Source: Terracidiphilus sp.
GTDB taxonomy: Bacteria; Acidobacteriota; Terriglobia; Terriglobales; Acidobacteriaceae
Assembly: GCA_035508555.1 (NCBI GenBank)
Contig: DATJMU010000135.1
Location: 16,607 to 80,606 of the forward strand
Direction: 5' to 3'
Length of the DNA stretch: 64,000 nucleotides
Of the stretch, positions 9,961 to 18,940 are shown one piece after another. The position numbers and the translations under genes are program-made. A model generated the notes under the pieces. That model made no database searches. It saw only the letters and a list, made by a program, of their open reading frames with translations, and had not been told where the DNA came from. Within the stretch, counting starts at the first letter, position 1; each line of letters opens with the position of its first letter.

Positions 9961-10710
9961 ATGTACGCAAGCGGAGCCAAACCGCTGGGCGCCGGCGACG
10001 AGGCCGATGCTGCGCAGGCGGTGCGGCGGATGTTCGACTCGATCGCGCCACGCTACGACCTGCTGAACCACGTGCTCTCGGCGAACGTGGACCGGCTGTG
10101 GTGGCGGCGGGCGGCGCGTCGGTTCCAAGCGGTGCTGGCGCGGCCCGATGCGGCTGTGCTCGACATCTGCTGCGGGACCGGCGACCTGACCCTGGCGTTG
10201 CTGAAACATCGTCCGCCGGGCGCACGGCCCGTGTTTGCCGGCGACTTTGCCCGGGCCATGCTCAGCCGCGGCGCCCGCAAGCTGGCCGGCAAAGCCGCGT
10301 TGCCCATCGAGGCCGACGCGCTGCACCTGCCGCTGCGCGACGCCTCGCTGGACCTGATTGTGACCGCCTTCGGCTTTCGCAACCTGGCCAACTACGAGGC
10401 CGGTCTCCGGGAGTTTCATCGTGTGCTCAAGCCCGGCGGGCAGTTGGGAATTTTGGAGTTCAACGAGCCGGGCGGGCTGATCGGCGGGGCCTACGCTGTC
10501 TACTTCCGCCGCGTGCTGCCGGCTATCGGCCGCGCCATCTGCGGCAAGGATGGGCCCTACAACTATCTGCCCAGCTCGGTGGGCAAGTTTCCGCCGCCGC
10601 GGGAGCTGCTGGCGCTCATGCGCCGCGTGGGCTATGCAGGGTGCGCCTGGCAACCCTACACCTTCGGCATCGCGGGGTTGTACATGGCCGCGCGCCCGCC
10701 TTTACCCTAG
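9961..10710 (+). CDS. MenG/UbiE family C-methyltransferase
   Basis: MFDSIAPRYDLLNHVLS, LDICCGTGDL, AFGFRNL, YNYLPSSV. Confidence 0.9.
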   Translation: MYASGAKPLGAGDEADAAQAVRRMFDSIAPRYDLLNHVLSANVDRLWWRRAARRFQAVLARPDAAVLDICCGTGDLTLALLKHRPPGARPVFAGDFARAMLSRGARKLAGKAALPIEADALHLPLRDASLDLIVTAFGFRNLANYEAGLREFHRVLKPGGQLGILEFNEPGGLIGGAYAVYFRRVLPAIGRAICGKDGPYNYLPSSVGKFPPPRELLALMRRVGYAGCAWQPYTFGIAGLYMAARPPLP

Positions 10711-10716
10711 GAACCG

Positions 10717-12204
10717 ATGCCTTCCGCCGTCTCCAACCCCGCCGTCTCCAGCTCCGCAGTCTCGGGGCCGACAGTTTCAGGCTCCGCCGACTCCGGCCTA
10801 TCCGGCTTCTCGGCGGAAAAGCGGCGCGTGGCGCGCCACTCGATGCTGGCCGCCGCGGCCATGACGGCGCTGAAGCTAGGCGCGGGCCTGCTCTCGGGCT
10901 CGCTGGGGGTGCTGTCGGACGCGGCTCATTCCGGCCTCGATCTTGCGGGCGCCGCGCTGACATATTTCTCGGTCAAGGTGAGCGACAAGCCGGCCGATGA
11001 AGACCACACCTACGGCCACGGCAAGTTCGAGAATCTTTCGTCTTTCGGCGAAGTGCTGCTGATGGCGGTTTCGAGCGCGTGGATCGTCTGGGAAGCGATC
11101 ATGCGCATTGCGCATCACGCGGTTGTGGTGCGCCACTCTGTGTGGCCGGTGCTGGTGCTGGCGGCCTCGATCGCGGTGGACAGGTGGCGCTCGCGGCAAC
11201 TGCGGGCGGTGGCCGCGCGCACAGGCTCGCCGGCGCTGGCTACGGATGCGTTTCATTTTTCGAGCGACATCTGGGCCTCGATTGCGGTGCTGGCCGGGCT
11301 GGGCGCCAACTGGGTGGGTGGGTACTACGGCATGCCGCTGCTCCGTTATGCCGATCCGGTGGCGGCGTTGATCGTCTCGGTGATGATTCTGCGCATGACG
11401 CTGCACCTTGGCCACGAATCGGTGAGCGCGCTCTCGGACGAGGTGCCGGTTGAGACGCGGCACAGGATGATTGCCGAGGTGGAGCGGGTGCCGGGGGTGC
11501 TGGCCGTGGAGCAGGCGCGGCTGCGCCGCTCGGGCGCCGAATATTTCGCGGACCTTACCCTGGCGCTGCCCCGGCGCTATACCTTCGAGCACGCCGAGGA
11601 ACTGGTACGGATGGCCACGGAGGCGGTCCACCGCGCGCTGCCCGAGGCGGACGTCGTGATCCACACGGTGCCCCGCGAGGCCCGCGCCGAAAGCATCTTC
11701 GACCGCGTGCGCGCCGTGGCCGCGCGCAACAACGTCAGCGTGCACGAGCTCAGCGTGCAGTCTATCAACGGCCGCCTTCGCGTGGAGCAGCATGTGGAAC
11801 TCGACGAGAAGATGGTGCTGCGCGAGGCCCATGTCTTCATCACGGCGCTCGAGGCCGAGATTCTGCGCGAGACGCCCGAGATCGACTCCGTGCTCACACA
11901 TATCGAGAGCGAGCCGGCCACCATCGAGCAGCCGGAAGAGGTGATCGCTGAGGACCGCCGCATCGCGGAGGCGCTGCGCGACGCGGCCCGCGAGCTGCCG
12001 GAGATTATCGATGTGCACGAGATCGTCGTCAGCCGCACCGGCGACCATGTGGATCTTTCCTGCCACTGCACGCTGTCCGACGACCTGACCATGCAGCGCG
12101 TGCACGTGGCCATCACGGCGCTCGAAGACCGCTTCAAGCTGGCCTGCCCCGAGGTACAGCGCGTGACCATCCATCCTGAGCCGGTGACCGATAATACGCG
12201 ATAG
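10717..12204 (+). CDS. Cation diffusion facilitator with triplicated C-terminal dimerisation domain
   Basis: HSGLD (TM2), HTYGHGKFE, HFSSD (TM5), then three ZT_dimer-like repeats ending VIHTVP, LTHIE and TIHPEP. Confidence 0.88.
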   Translation: MPSAVSNPAVSSSAVSGPTVSGSADSGLSGFSAEKRRVARHSMLAAAAMTALKLGAGLLSGSLGVLSDAAHSGLDLAGAALTYFSVKVSDKPADEDHTYGHGKFENLSSFGEVLLMAVSSAWIVWEAIMRIAHHAVVVRHSVWPVLVLAASIAVDRWRSRQLRAVAARTGSPALATDAFHFSSDIWASIAVLAGLGANWVGGYYGMPLLRYADPVAALIVSVMILRMTLHLGHESVSALSDEVPVETRHRMIAEVERVPGVLAVEQARLRRSGAEYFADLTLALPRRYTFEHAEELVRMATEAVHRALPEADVVIHTVPREARAESIFDRVRAVAARNNVSVHELSVQSINGRLRVEQHVELDEKMVLREAHVFITALEAEILRETPEIDSVLTHIESEPATIEQPEEVIAEDRRIAEALRDAARELPEIIDVHEIVVSRTGDHVDLSCHCTLSDDLTMQRVHVAITALEDRFKLACPEVQRVTIHPEPVTDNTR

Positions 12205-12236
12205 AGCTTTTGCGTTTTCGATGGGAGTTTGCCGCC

Positions 12237-13043
12237 ATGGCTGTCCGTCTGAATGTCCGCTTCAACGTCCGCCAGAATATCCGGTTGCTCGTCAACCTCT
12301 TCCAGGTGGCGTTGCTGCTGATGCTGCTGGTGGCGGTGGCGCTGGTGGCGGCGATCGTGACTATGCACTTCGCCATTCACGGGGCGGAGGTGGAAGTGCC
12401 CCCGCTCAAGGGGATGACGGTGGCCGACGCGCTGAGCGAAACCGCCGGCCTGGGGCTCAACCTGGACGTGGATAACCGCTACTACTCGGGCCAGGTGGCG
12501 CCGGGGCACATCCTAACGCAGTCGCCCGCGGCGGGCACCATCGTGCGGCGGGCGTGGACCGTGCGCGTCTCCGAGAGCCTGGGTCCGCAGAAGGTGGACG
12601 TGCCCAGCACCGTGGGCCAGACGGCGCGCGTGGCCGCGATGGAGATGCAGCGCGCGGGGCTGGAGGTGGGCGCGCAGGCGGTGCTGCCCTACGACGGTGC
12701 TCCCGGCGGGACGGTGCTCGCGCAGGACCCGCCCGCTCATGCGCAGGACATCGAGAAGCCGGCGGTGAGCCTGCTGGTGGCCGCGCCAAACGATGAGCCG
12801 CCGGATGGATGGGTAATGCCCGATTTCACCGGCTGGACCATCGACAGCGTGGAGGCGGCCCTCGCCAAGGTCGGCGTCAAGGCAGCGCCGCCGGACTTTG
12901 TGAATGTGGGCGTGGCGCCCGTGGGCAACGGCAGCGCCGGGCCGCAGATGCCGGTGAAGCCCGACTCCGTGGTGGCGCAGGAGCCGGTGGCTGGGATGCG
13001 GGTGGACCAGAGCGTCACGGTGAGGCTCGCCGTGGCAAAGTGA
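12237..13043 (+). CDS. PASTA-domain protein
   Basis: N-terminal TM anchor followed by three PASTA-like repeats (VPPLKG, VPSTVG, MPDFTG). Confidence 0.85.
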   Translation: MAVRLNVRFNVRQNIRLLVNLFQVALLLMLLVAVALVAAIVTMHFAIHGAEVEVPPLKGMTVADALSETAGLGLNLDVDNRYYSGQVAPGHILTQSPAAGTIVRRAWTVRVSESLGPQKVDVPSTVGQTARVAAMEMQRAGLEVGAQAVLPYDGAPGGTVLAQDPPAHAQDIEKPAVSLLVAAPNDEPPDGWVMPDFTGWTIDSVEAALAKVGVKAAPPDFVNVGVAPVGNGSAGPQMPVKPDSVVAQEPVAGMRVDQSVTVRLAVAK

Positions 13044-13049
13044 TGAAGA

Positions 13050-13066
13050 CAGGGGTCAGGGGTCAG
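13050..13066 (+). repeat. Heptamer tandem repeat (CAGGGGT)n
   Basis: CAGGGGT CAGGGGT CAG. Related to the array at 32762-32788. Confidence 0.5.
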
Positions 13067-13102
13067 TAGAGACGCGGCTGCGGGCGGAGGGGATGACGTG
13101 CG

Positions 13103-13597
13103 ATGGGTCTGAGTGAAGATCTGGAACGGGTGGCGCTGCAGGAGCGGGAGCTGCGGCTGGCAAAGTTCGACGCACACGTGGCCTGGGAGCTGGGCGTGCG
13201 ATTGAGAACCATGGCGCTGGAGCGCGGGCTTGCCATCGTCATCGAAGTGCGGCGGTTTGGGCAGCTTCTGTTCTACACCGCGCTCGACGGCACCACGCCC
13301 GACAATCTCGAATGGGTACGCCGCAAGAGCAACGTGGTGGCGCGGTTTCATCGCAGCTCCTATGGCGTGGGGCTGACCATGACGGCAAAAGACGACTCGC
13401 TCGAGAAACGCGGTCTGCCGATTAGCGATTACGCGTCGCACGGCGGCTCGTTTCCGCTGCACGTGGAGGGCGCGGGCATTGTGGGCAGCGTAACGGTCTC
13501 CGGCCTCCCGCAGCGTGCCGATCATGAACTGGTCGTCGAATCGCTCTGCGGCCTGCTCGGCCGCGACTACGCTGCGCTGAAGCTGGCCGCGGAGTAG
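13103..13597 (+). CDS. Heme-degrading domain protein (UPF0303/GlcG-HbpS-like)
   Basis: PDNLEWVRRKSNVV, YASHGGSFPL, GSVTVSGLPQRADH. Confidence 0.85.
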   Translation: MGLSEDLERVALQERELRLAKFDAHVAWELGVRLRTMALERGLAIVIEVRRFGQLLFYTALDGTTPDNLEWVRRKSNVVARFHRSSYGVGLTMTAKDDSLEKRGLPISDYASHGGSFPLHVEGAGIVGSVTVSGLPQRADHELVVESLCGLLGRDYAALKLAAE

Positions 13598-13730
13598 CTG
13601 CCGCGGAAAGGCAGGGCGGCGCGCCTGCTTTACCGTCTGGCGTTCGACCAACCGTTTATAGTGAAGCTTTGTGCGGTCTTGTGGATCTTGGTCCCGGAAC
13701 ACAGCCACAGCTCGGGCGGCGAACGACAAC

Positions 13731-14561
13731 ATGACGGTAAAAAAGACGAAGGCTCCGACGGCAGCGCCCAGCGCAAATTCCTCCCAGACGTCCGGCAAGG
13801 CGAGGGAGGAGACCCCGCTCGAAGGCTTCGCCGGCATCTGTTCGATGCTGGTCGTGATCACCTTTGTCTACGCCTTCATCGCGCAGAACTTCGTCATTCC
13901 CTCGGGATCGATGGAGAACACGCTCTTGATCGGCGACCATCTTGTGGTGGACCGCATCACGCTGGCGCCCTCGGCCAGGTGGATGCCCCTGGTCTACTAC
14001 CGCCAGCCGCGCCGCGGCGACGTGGTGGTCTTCAAAAAGCCGGTGCCCGATCTGGTCAACGGCAGGCCCAAGTACCAGTATCTCGTCAAGCGCCTCATCG
14101 GCCTGCCCGGCGACCACATCCATCTGCACAATGGCATCGTCTACATCAACGGGGTCGCCCAGGCCCAGCCGCACGCCCAGCCCACCACGCCGGCCAACTA
14201 CCAGACCTTCCTCGACGAGTTTCCCTCGGTGCCCCCTACGCCCGTGCCTTACGAGACTCCCGAAACCTGGGCCGTCGACTTTCCCAATCATGTAGTGGAC
14301 GGCGACCTGGTGGTTCCGGTCGGTGACTACTTCATGATGGGCGACAACCGGCATAGCAGCGAGGACTCGCGCTATTGGGGCTTTGTGCCCCGCGGCAACA
14401 TCGCTGGCCGCCCGCTCTTCAACTACTGGTCCTTTAAGGCCACTGAAGCCGATTACGACAATCTCACCACCCTGCATGCGCGTCTAGCGTGGATAGGCCA
14501 CGTAGCGCTGCACTTCTTTACCGATACCCGGTGGCTGCGCACGTTTCACGTGATCCGCTGA
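13731..14561 (+). CDS. lepB: Signal peptidase I
   Basis: Catalytic Ser in IPSGSMENTL, Lys in LVKRLIGLPGD, and YFMMGDNRHSSEDSR. Confidence 0.93.
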   Translation: MTVKKTKAPTAAPSANSSQTSGKAREETPLEGFAGICSMLVVITFVYAFIAQNFVIPSGSMENTLLIGDHLVVDRITLAPSARWMPLVYYRQPRRGDVVVFKKPVPDLVNGRPKYQYLVKRLIGLPGDHIHLHNGIVYINGVAQAQPHAQPTTPANYQTFLDEFPSVPPTPVPYETPETWAVDFPNHVVDGDLVVPVGDYFMMGDNRHSSEDSRYWGFVPRGNIAGRPLFNYWSFKATEADYDNLTTLHARLAWIGHVALHFFTDTRWLRTFHVIR

Positions 14562-14588
14562 AGCGGCATAGTCTATAGACAGAGACCG

Positions 14589-17330
14589 ATGAGCGAAGAA
14601 GATCCAAAGCGCCGCCGCCGCTGGCGGCTGTGGACGGTGCTGGCTGCAACCTCGATCCTGCTGGCGGCGCTCATCGTTCCGCCGATGGTGAGCATCGGCC
14701 GCTACAAGGGCCAGATCACCGAGCTCATTTCGGCCTCGCTGGGACGGCCGGTGCACCTGTCCGGCGTCAAGTTTCGTCTGCTGCCATGGCCGGGATTTGT
14801 GCTCTCGAACCTGGTAGTGGACGAGGATCCGGCTTACGGCTACGAGCCGGTGCTGCACGCTCAGACCGTCACCGCGTCATTCCGCCTGCTTCCGCTGTGG
14901 CGCGGGCGCATCGAGATCGGCCGCATCAGCGTGGACCAGGCCAGCCTGAACCTGGTGCGCATGCCGGACGGCCGCTGGAACCTCGATCCCCTCTTTCGTA
15001 CGGCCAACGCCAAGGCCGGGGCGTCTGCGGTCGCTCACGAGCGTCGCGCCGTGCCGCTGCCCTATCTGGAAGCGACCAACTCCCGCATCGACTTCAAGGA
15101 CGGGGTCGAGAAGCTGCCGTTCTCGCTGGTCAACGCCGATCTCTCCTTCTGGCAGGCGGCGCCGGGAGACTGGCACATCCGATTGCGCGGCCAGCCCGCC
15201 CGTACCGATATCAGCCTCTACCAGGAGGACACGGGAGTGGTGCGCCTGGAGGCCAGTCTGCACAGCGCGCCGGCGCTGCGCATGATGCCGCTACGCATAG
15301 ATCTGGACTGGCGCGAGGCGCAGCTTGGCCAGCTTTCGCGGCTGCTCATCGGGTCCGATCCCGGCTGGCGCGGCAATCTGACTGCGGAGTTCCACCTAAC
15401 CGGGACCGCCGACACGGCCCACGTGACCACGCGGCTGCGCGCCACCGGGGTGCATCGCGAGGAGTTCGCGCCCGCCGAGCCGCTCGACTTCGACGCCAAC
15501 TGTGGCTTTGTCTATCACTACGCGCGGCGCGCCCTGCAGAACCTGGTCTGCAGCTCGCCCCTCGGTGACGGCCATCTGCAACTGGCCGGGGACGTGCCGG
15601 GAGGAAGCGGGAAGCCGCACTTCACGCTGGCGCTTGATCAGATTCCAGTGGACGCGGCGCTGGCGTTTCTGCGCACCATTCGCAGCGGGGTCGACCCGGG
15701 CCTGAGCGCGGCCGGCACCGTCAGCGGCAAGATGACCTACACCGGCGGCGAAGCTGGAACGGCCGAGCCGGTAGCTTTGCACCACGCGCGGCGCGGGAGG
15801 CATGCGGCCGGTGCGCTGCGTGCGCCGCTCACACTGCCCCTCGAAGGCAGCTTCACGGTCTCCGGATTCCAGCTCAGCGGCGGCAGCCTCAACCAGCCCA
15901 TCCAGGCGAACCGCATCGTGCTGCAGCCCGAGCAGATTGCCTCGGGTCACGCGCTCGCTCTCGCGGCTACGGTCAGCGTTCCCGCCGGCGCACCGGCTGC
16001 GCTCAACTTTACGCCCGAGCTGACGCTGCACGGCTATCGGCTCGGCATCCACGGCGAAGTTAGCCTCGGGCGTGCGCGCGATCTGGCCCATGCCGCCGGG
16101 CTGCCCGACGTGCAGACTGTCGATGCCCTCGCCGGCGGACCGCTTTCTGTGGCGCTGAATGTGGAGGGCCCCTGGCTCCCGCGCGATCATGAGCTTGGCG
16201 GAAAACTGCCTGAAGCGAACGCCGGCGCCGCGGGCAGCCAGGACTCTCCGGCAGAGCCTGATCCCGATGCTCCCTTGCTTGGCGGCGACCGCCTCAGCGG
16301 CGCCGTTACCATCCGCGATGCAAGCTGGAAGGCCGATTACCTGGCCCATCCCATCACCATTGCGCAAGCGACGCTGCACCTCGCTGGCGGGGCGGCGAGT
16401 TGGGATCCGGTGGACTTCACATACGGGGCGCTGAAGGGCACGGCCAGCCTCACACTGCCCGGCGACTGCCCGGCGCAGCCTTCGGGACAGCCGTGTGCGG
16501 CGCAGTTTGCCGTGCAGTTGGGCAAGCTGGAGGCGACAGAGCTGCAAAATGCCCTGCTGGGCGCCCGGGAGCCCAACTCGCTCTTCGCGGAGCTGATCGA
16601 TCGTCTGCATCTTTCGTCGGCGCCGGCCTGGCCTCCGCTCGAGGGTGCGGTCCGGGCCGAAGCGCTGGCCGTGGGGCCGGTCACGCTCACCGATCCGGTG
16701 GCAGAGCTGCGCATTGATGCGGCCGGCGCGCACATTGAAAGCCTGGACGCCGGCGTTCTGGGCGGGCGTGTGCACGCTACCGGCACACTTCTAAAGCCGG
16801 CTACCGACCAGGGCAAACCCGCTTACAGGCTCGATGCCAGGCTGAGCGGTCTAAGTGCGCCGGCCGTCGGCCGGCTGCTGGAGATGCGCTGGACCGGCGG
16901 CCCATTCAATGCTGAAGGCAAGATCGAGCTCACGGGGCTTACGTCACACGGCCTGGCTGCTTCAGCCGCGGGAAGCTTCTCTTTTGACTGGAGGCGGGGC
17001 GGAATCTCCGCGGTTCTGCCCGAGCCGCTCGATGCCCCTGAGCCGCCCAAGGCGAAGACCGGGGCCAAGACGAATGCGCGGCCCGTCACGACTCCAGCCG
17101 AGCCCAGGGCCCAGCCTCTTCCCAAGCCACTCAGTCGCTTTGCGAGCTTTGCGGGCGACGGCGAGATCGCGAACGGAAAGATCGTCCTGCGCCACGCGGA
17201 GGCCGTTCAGGCTGGGCGCCGCCACGCGATCGACGCCGAGGTCACGCTCGCCTTGCCGCCCAGAGTCTCCTTTGCCACGCCCAGGGACGCGTCCGAATCG
17301 CGTCGCCGAAACGCCCGCCCGGTACAATGA
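14589..17330 (+). CDS. AsmA family protein
   Basis: N-terminal TM, ISASLGRPVHL and WNLDPL AsmA-like N-terminus, long beta-rich body. Confidence 0.8.
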   Translation: MSEEDPKRRRRWRLWTVLAATSILLAALIVPPMVSIGRYKGQITELISASLGRPVHLSGVKFRLLPWPGFVLSNLVVDEDPAYGYEPVLHAQTVTASFRLLPLWRGRIEIGRISVDQASLNLVRMPDGRWNLDPLFRTANAKAGASAVAHERRAVPLPYLEATNSRIDFKDGVEKLPFSLVNADLSFWQAAPGDWHIRLRGQPARTDISLYQEDTGVVRLEASLHSAPALRMMPLRIDLDWREAQLGQLSRLLIGSDPGWRGNLTAEFHLTGTADTAHVTTRLRATGVHREEFAPAEPLDFDANCGFVYHYARRALQNLVCSSPLGDGHLQLAGDVPGGSGKPHFTLALDQIPVDAALAFLRTIRSGVDPGLSAAGTVSGKMTYTGGEAGTAEPVALHHARRGRHAAGALRAPLTLPLEGSFTVSGFQLSGGSLNQPIQANRIVLQPEQIASGHALALAATVSVPAGAPAALNFTPELTLHGYRLGIHGEVSLGRARDLAHAAGLPDVQTVDALAGGPLSVALNVEGPWLPRDHELGGKLPEANAGAAGSQDSPAEPDPDAPLLGGDRLSGAVTIRDASWKADYLAHPITIAQATLHLAGGAASWDPVDFTYGALKGTASLTLPGDCPAQPSGQPCAAQFAVQLGKLEATELQNALLGAREPNSLFAELIDRLHLSSAPAWPPLEGAVRAEALAVGPVTLTDPVAELRIDAAGAHIESLDAGVLGGRVHATGTLLKPATDQGKPAYRLDARLSGLSAPAVGRLLEMRWTGGPFNAEGKIELTGLTSHGLAASAAGSFSFDWRRGGISAVLPEPLDAPEPPKAKTGAKTNARPVTTPAEPRAQPLPKPLSRFASFAGDGEIANGKIVLRHAEAVQAGRRHAIDAEVTLALPPRVSFATPRDASESRRRNARPVQ

Positions 17331-17334
17331 GTTC

Positions 17335-18018
17335 ATGGGTTCACAGGTAGCTTCTTCCCCCGTTTCCGTCCGCTGCCAGGGCATCCTCTTCGACATGGAC
17401 GGCATCCTGATCTCGTCCATCGGCTCGGTGGAGCGCAGCTGGGCCACATGGGCGGCGATGCGCGGCATCGACAACGAGCGCACGCAGCAGATCGCCCACG
17501 GCCGCCGCGCAGTGGACACGCTCGCCGCGCTGTGCCCCGAACTCGACGTGGAAACCGAACTCCGGATCCTCGAAGACCTGGAGATCTCCGACAATGACGG
17601 CCTGAGCGTGCTGCCCGGCGTGGCTGCGCTGCTGGCGGCCCTGCCGCCCGACCGCTGGACGGTGGTGACCAGCGCCACAGAGCGGCTGGCGCGAGCGCGC
17701 CTGATCGCCAGCGGCATTCCCACGCCGGAGCGGCTGGTCACAGCCGGGCACGTCACCCACGGCAAGCCCCATCCCGAGCCGTTCCTGGCCGGCGCGGCGT
17801 TGCTCGGCTTTGCTCCGCAGGCGTGCGTGGTCTTCGAGGACTCGTCCTCAGGCGCCGCCGCCGGCCGCGCCGCCGGCTGCACGGTAGTAGCGACTACGTT
17901 CTCGCATCCGGTGGAATCGCTCGATGCCGCGCATTATCTTGTCACCGATCTTGCCGGCGTGAGCGTGCGCAAAGACGCTGAGGGCCTGGTGCTGAGCCTT
18001 ACGCCGCTGACGGAGTAG
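17335..18018 (+). CDS. HAD superfamily phosphatase (YfbT/sugar-phosphatase-like)
   Basis: FDMDG, VTS, GKPHPEP, VFEDS. Confidence 0.9.
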   Translation: MGSQVASSPVSVRCQGILFDMDGILISSIGSVERSWATWAAMRGIDNERTQQIAHGRRAVDTLAALCPELDVETELRILEDLEISDNDGLSVLPGVAALLAALPPDRWTVVTSATERLARARLIASGIPTPERLVTAGHVTHGKPHPEPFLAGAALLGFAPQACVVFEDSSSGAAAGRAAGCTVVATTFSHPVESLDAAHYLVTDLAGVSVRKDAEGLVLSLTPLTE

Positions 18019-18111
18019 CGGGCCGCAATGCCAGATGCTCAGAGTCTGCGCACCAGTCTCCACGCATGCAGCCAGTCGCTTCGCGAGCATTTGACCTCTG
18101 AGTCTCGCCCT

Positions 18112-18858
18112 CTACTCGCTGGCCTCAATCCGCCGCCCGTGCAGATCCTCGAGCGGCCGGGTATTCATCTTGAAAAGACTGGTGAATGCCCGTATCTGTT
18201 CGCGGCTGACGGTCAGCGGCGTCTCGAAGACGTACCACGCCACGTCTTCGGTGCAGGGCGGCACCAGCAGCGAGCCGGTGTAGGTCCAGTAGCCGGTGTC
18301 CTGCGGGAAGAGACCACCGGGATCGATCATGTCGGTGATGCGCTCCGTAGCCCCGGCCTTGGTGGGCAGGTGTTCCCACAGTGCGGCGACGGTGGCGTTG
18401 GGGTAGCCCATGGCCACGTTGAAGAGCACCGCGAACTGCGCCATTTTGCCACCGGCCGAATGCGCCAGGAAATCCACTTCCATGTCGGCCAGCTGGCCGT
18501 GGATCGCGTGCTCGCTGGGATGGTGGAAGGTGAAATCGATCAGGTTATAGCGCACGCCGCCGACCTCGATCGAACTTCCAGGGTCCATGCGCACCGTGAT
18601 CCCGCGGCCATCGTTCACTACGGTGACCTCGCCTGCGACGAAGTGAAAGCGGATGGGGGCGAGACCGGTGTCGAGGTGGGCTCCGCGCAGATCCACCGGC
18701 GACTGCTGATGGCCGTGCCCGCAGGCATGGTAAGCCGGGTCCAGGTGGTCCCACACCAGCGGCCCCGTCTTGCCCTGATAGGACCAGGGCAATGAGTCCT
18801 GAGCAGTGGCGACGGTGGCAGACACGAGAAGAATGGCGGCAATCGCAGGAATGTGCAT
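18112..18858 (-). CDS. Secreted alpha-carbonic anhydrase homologue with degenerate active site
   Basis: Signal peptide; WSY, CGHGHQQSPVDL, PSEH, YTGSLLVPPCTEDVAW. The zinc triad and Thr199 equivalents are altered. Confidence 0.85.
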   Translation of the reverse strand: MHIPAIAAILLVSATVATAQDSLPWSYQGKTGPLVWDHLDPAYHACGHGHQQSPVDLRGAHLDTGLAPIRFHFVAGEVTVVNDGRGITVRMDPGSSIEVGGVRYNLIDFTFHHPSEHAIHGQLADMEVDFLAHSAGGKMAQFAVLFNVAMGYPNATVAALWEHLPTKAGATERITDMIDPGGLFPQDTGYWTYTGSLLVPPCTEDVAWYVFETPLTVSREQIRAFTSLFKMNTRPLEDLHGRRIEASE

Positions 18859-18940
18859 GGAGATCTCCCCTATAAGACGCGCGGGCGCCAGAAAGGATTT
18901 TAAGCGACGGGGCGGACCAACCCGAAGGCTGGGCAGTGGA

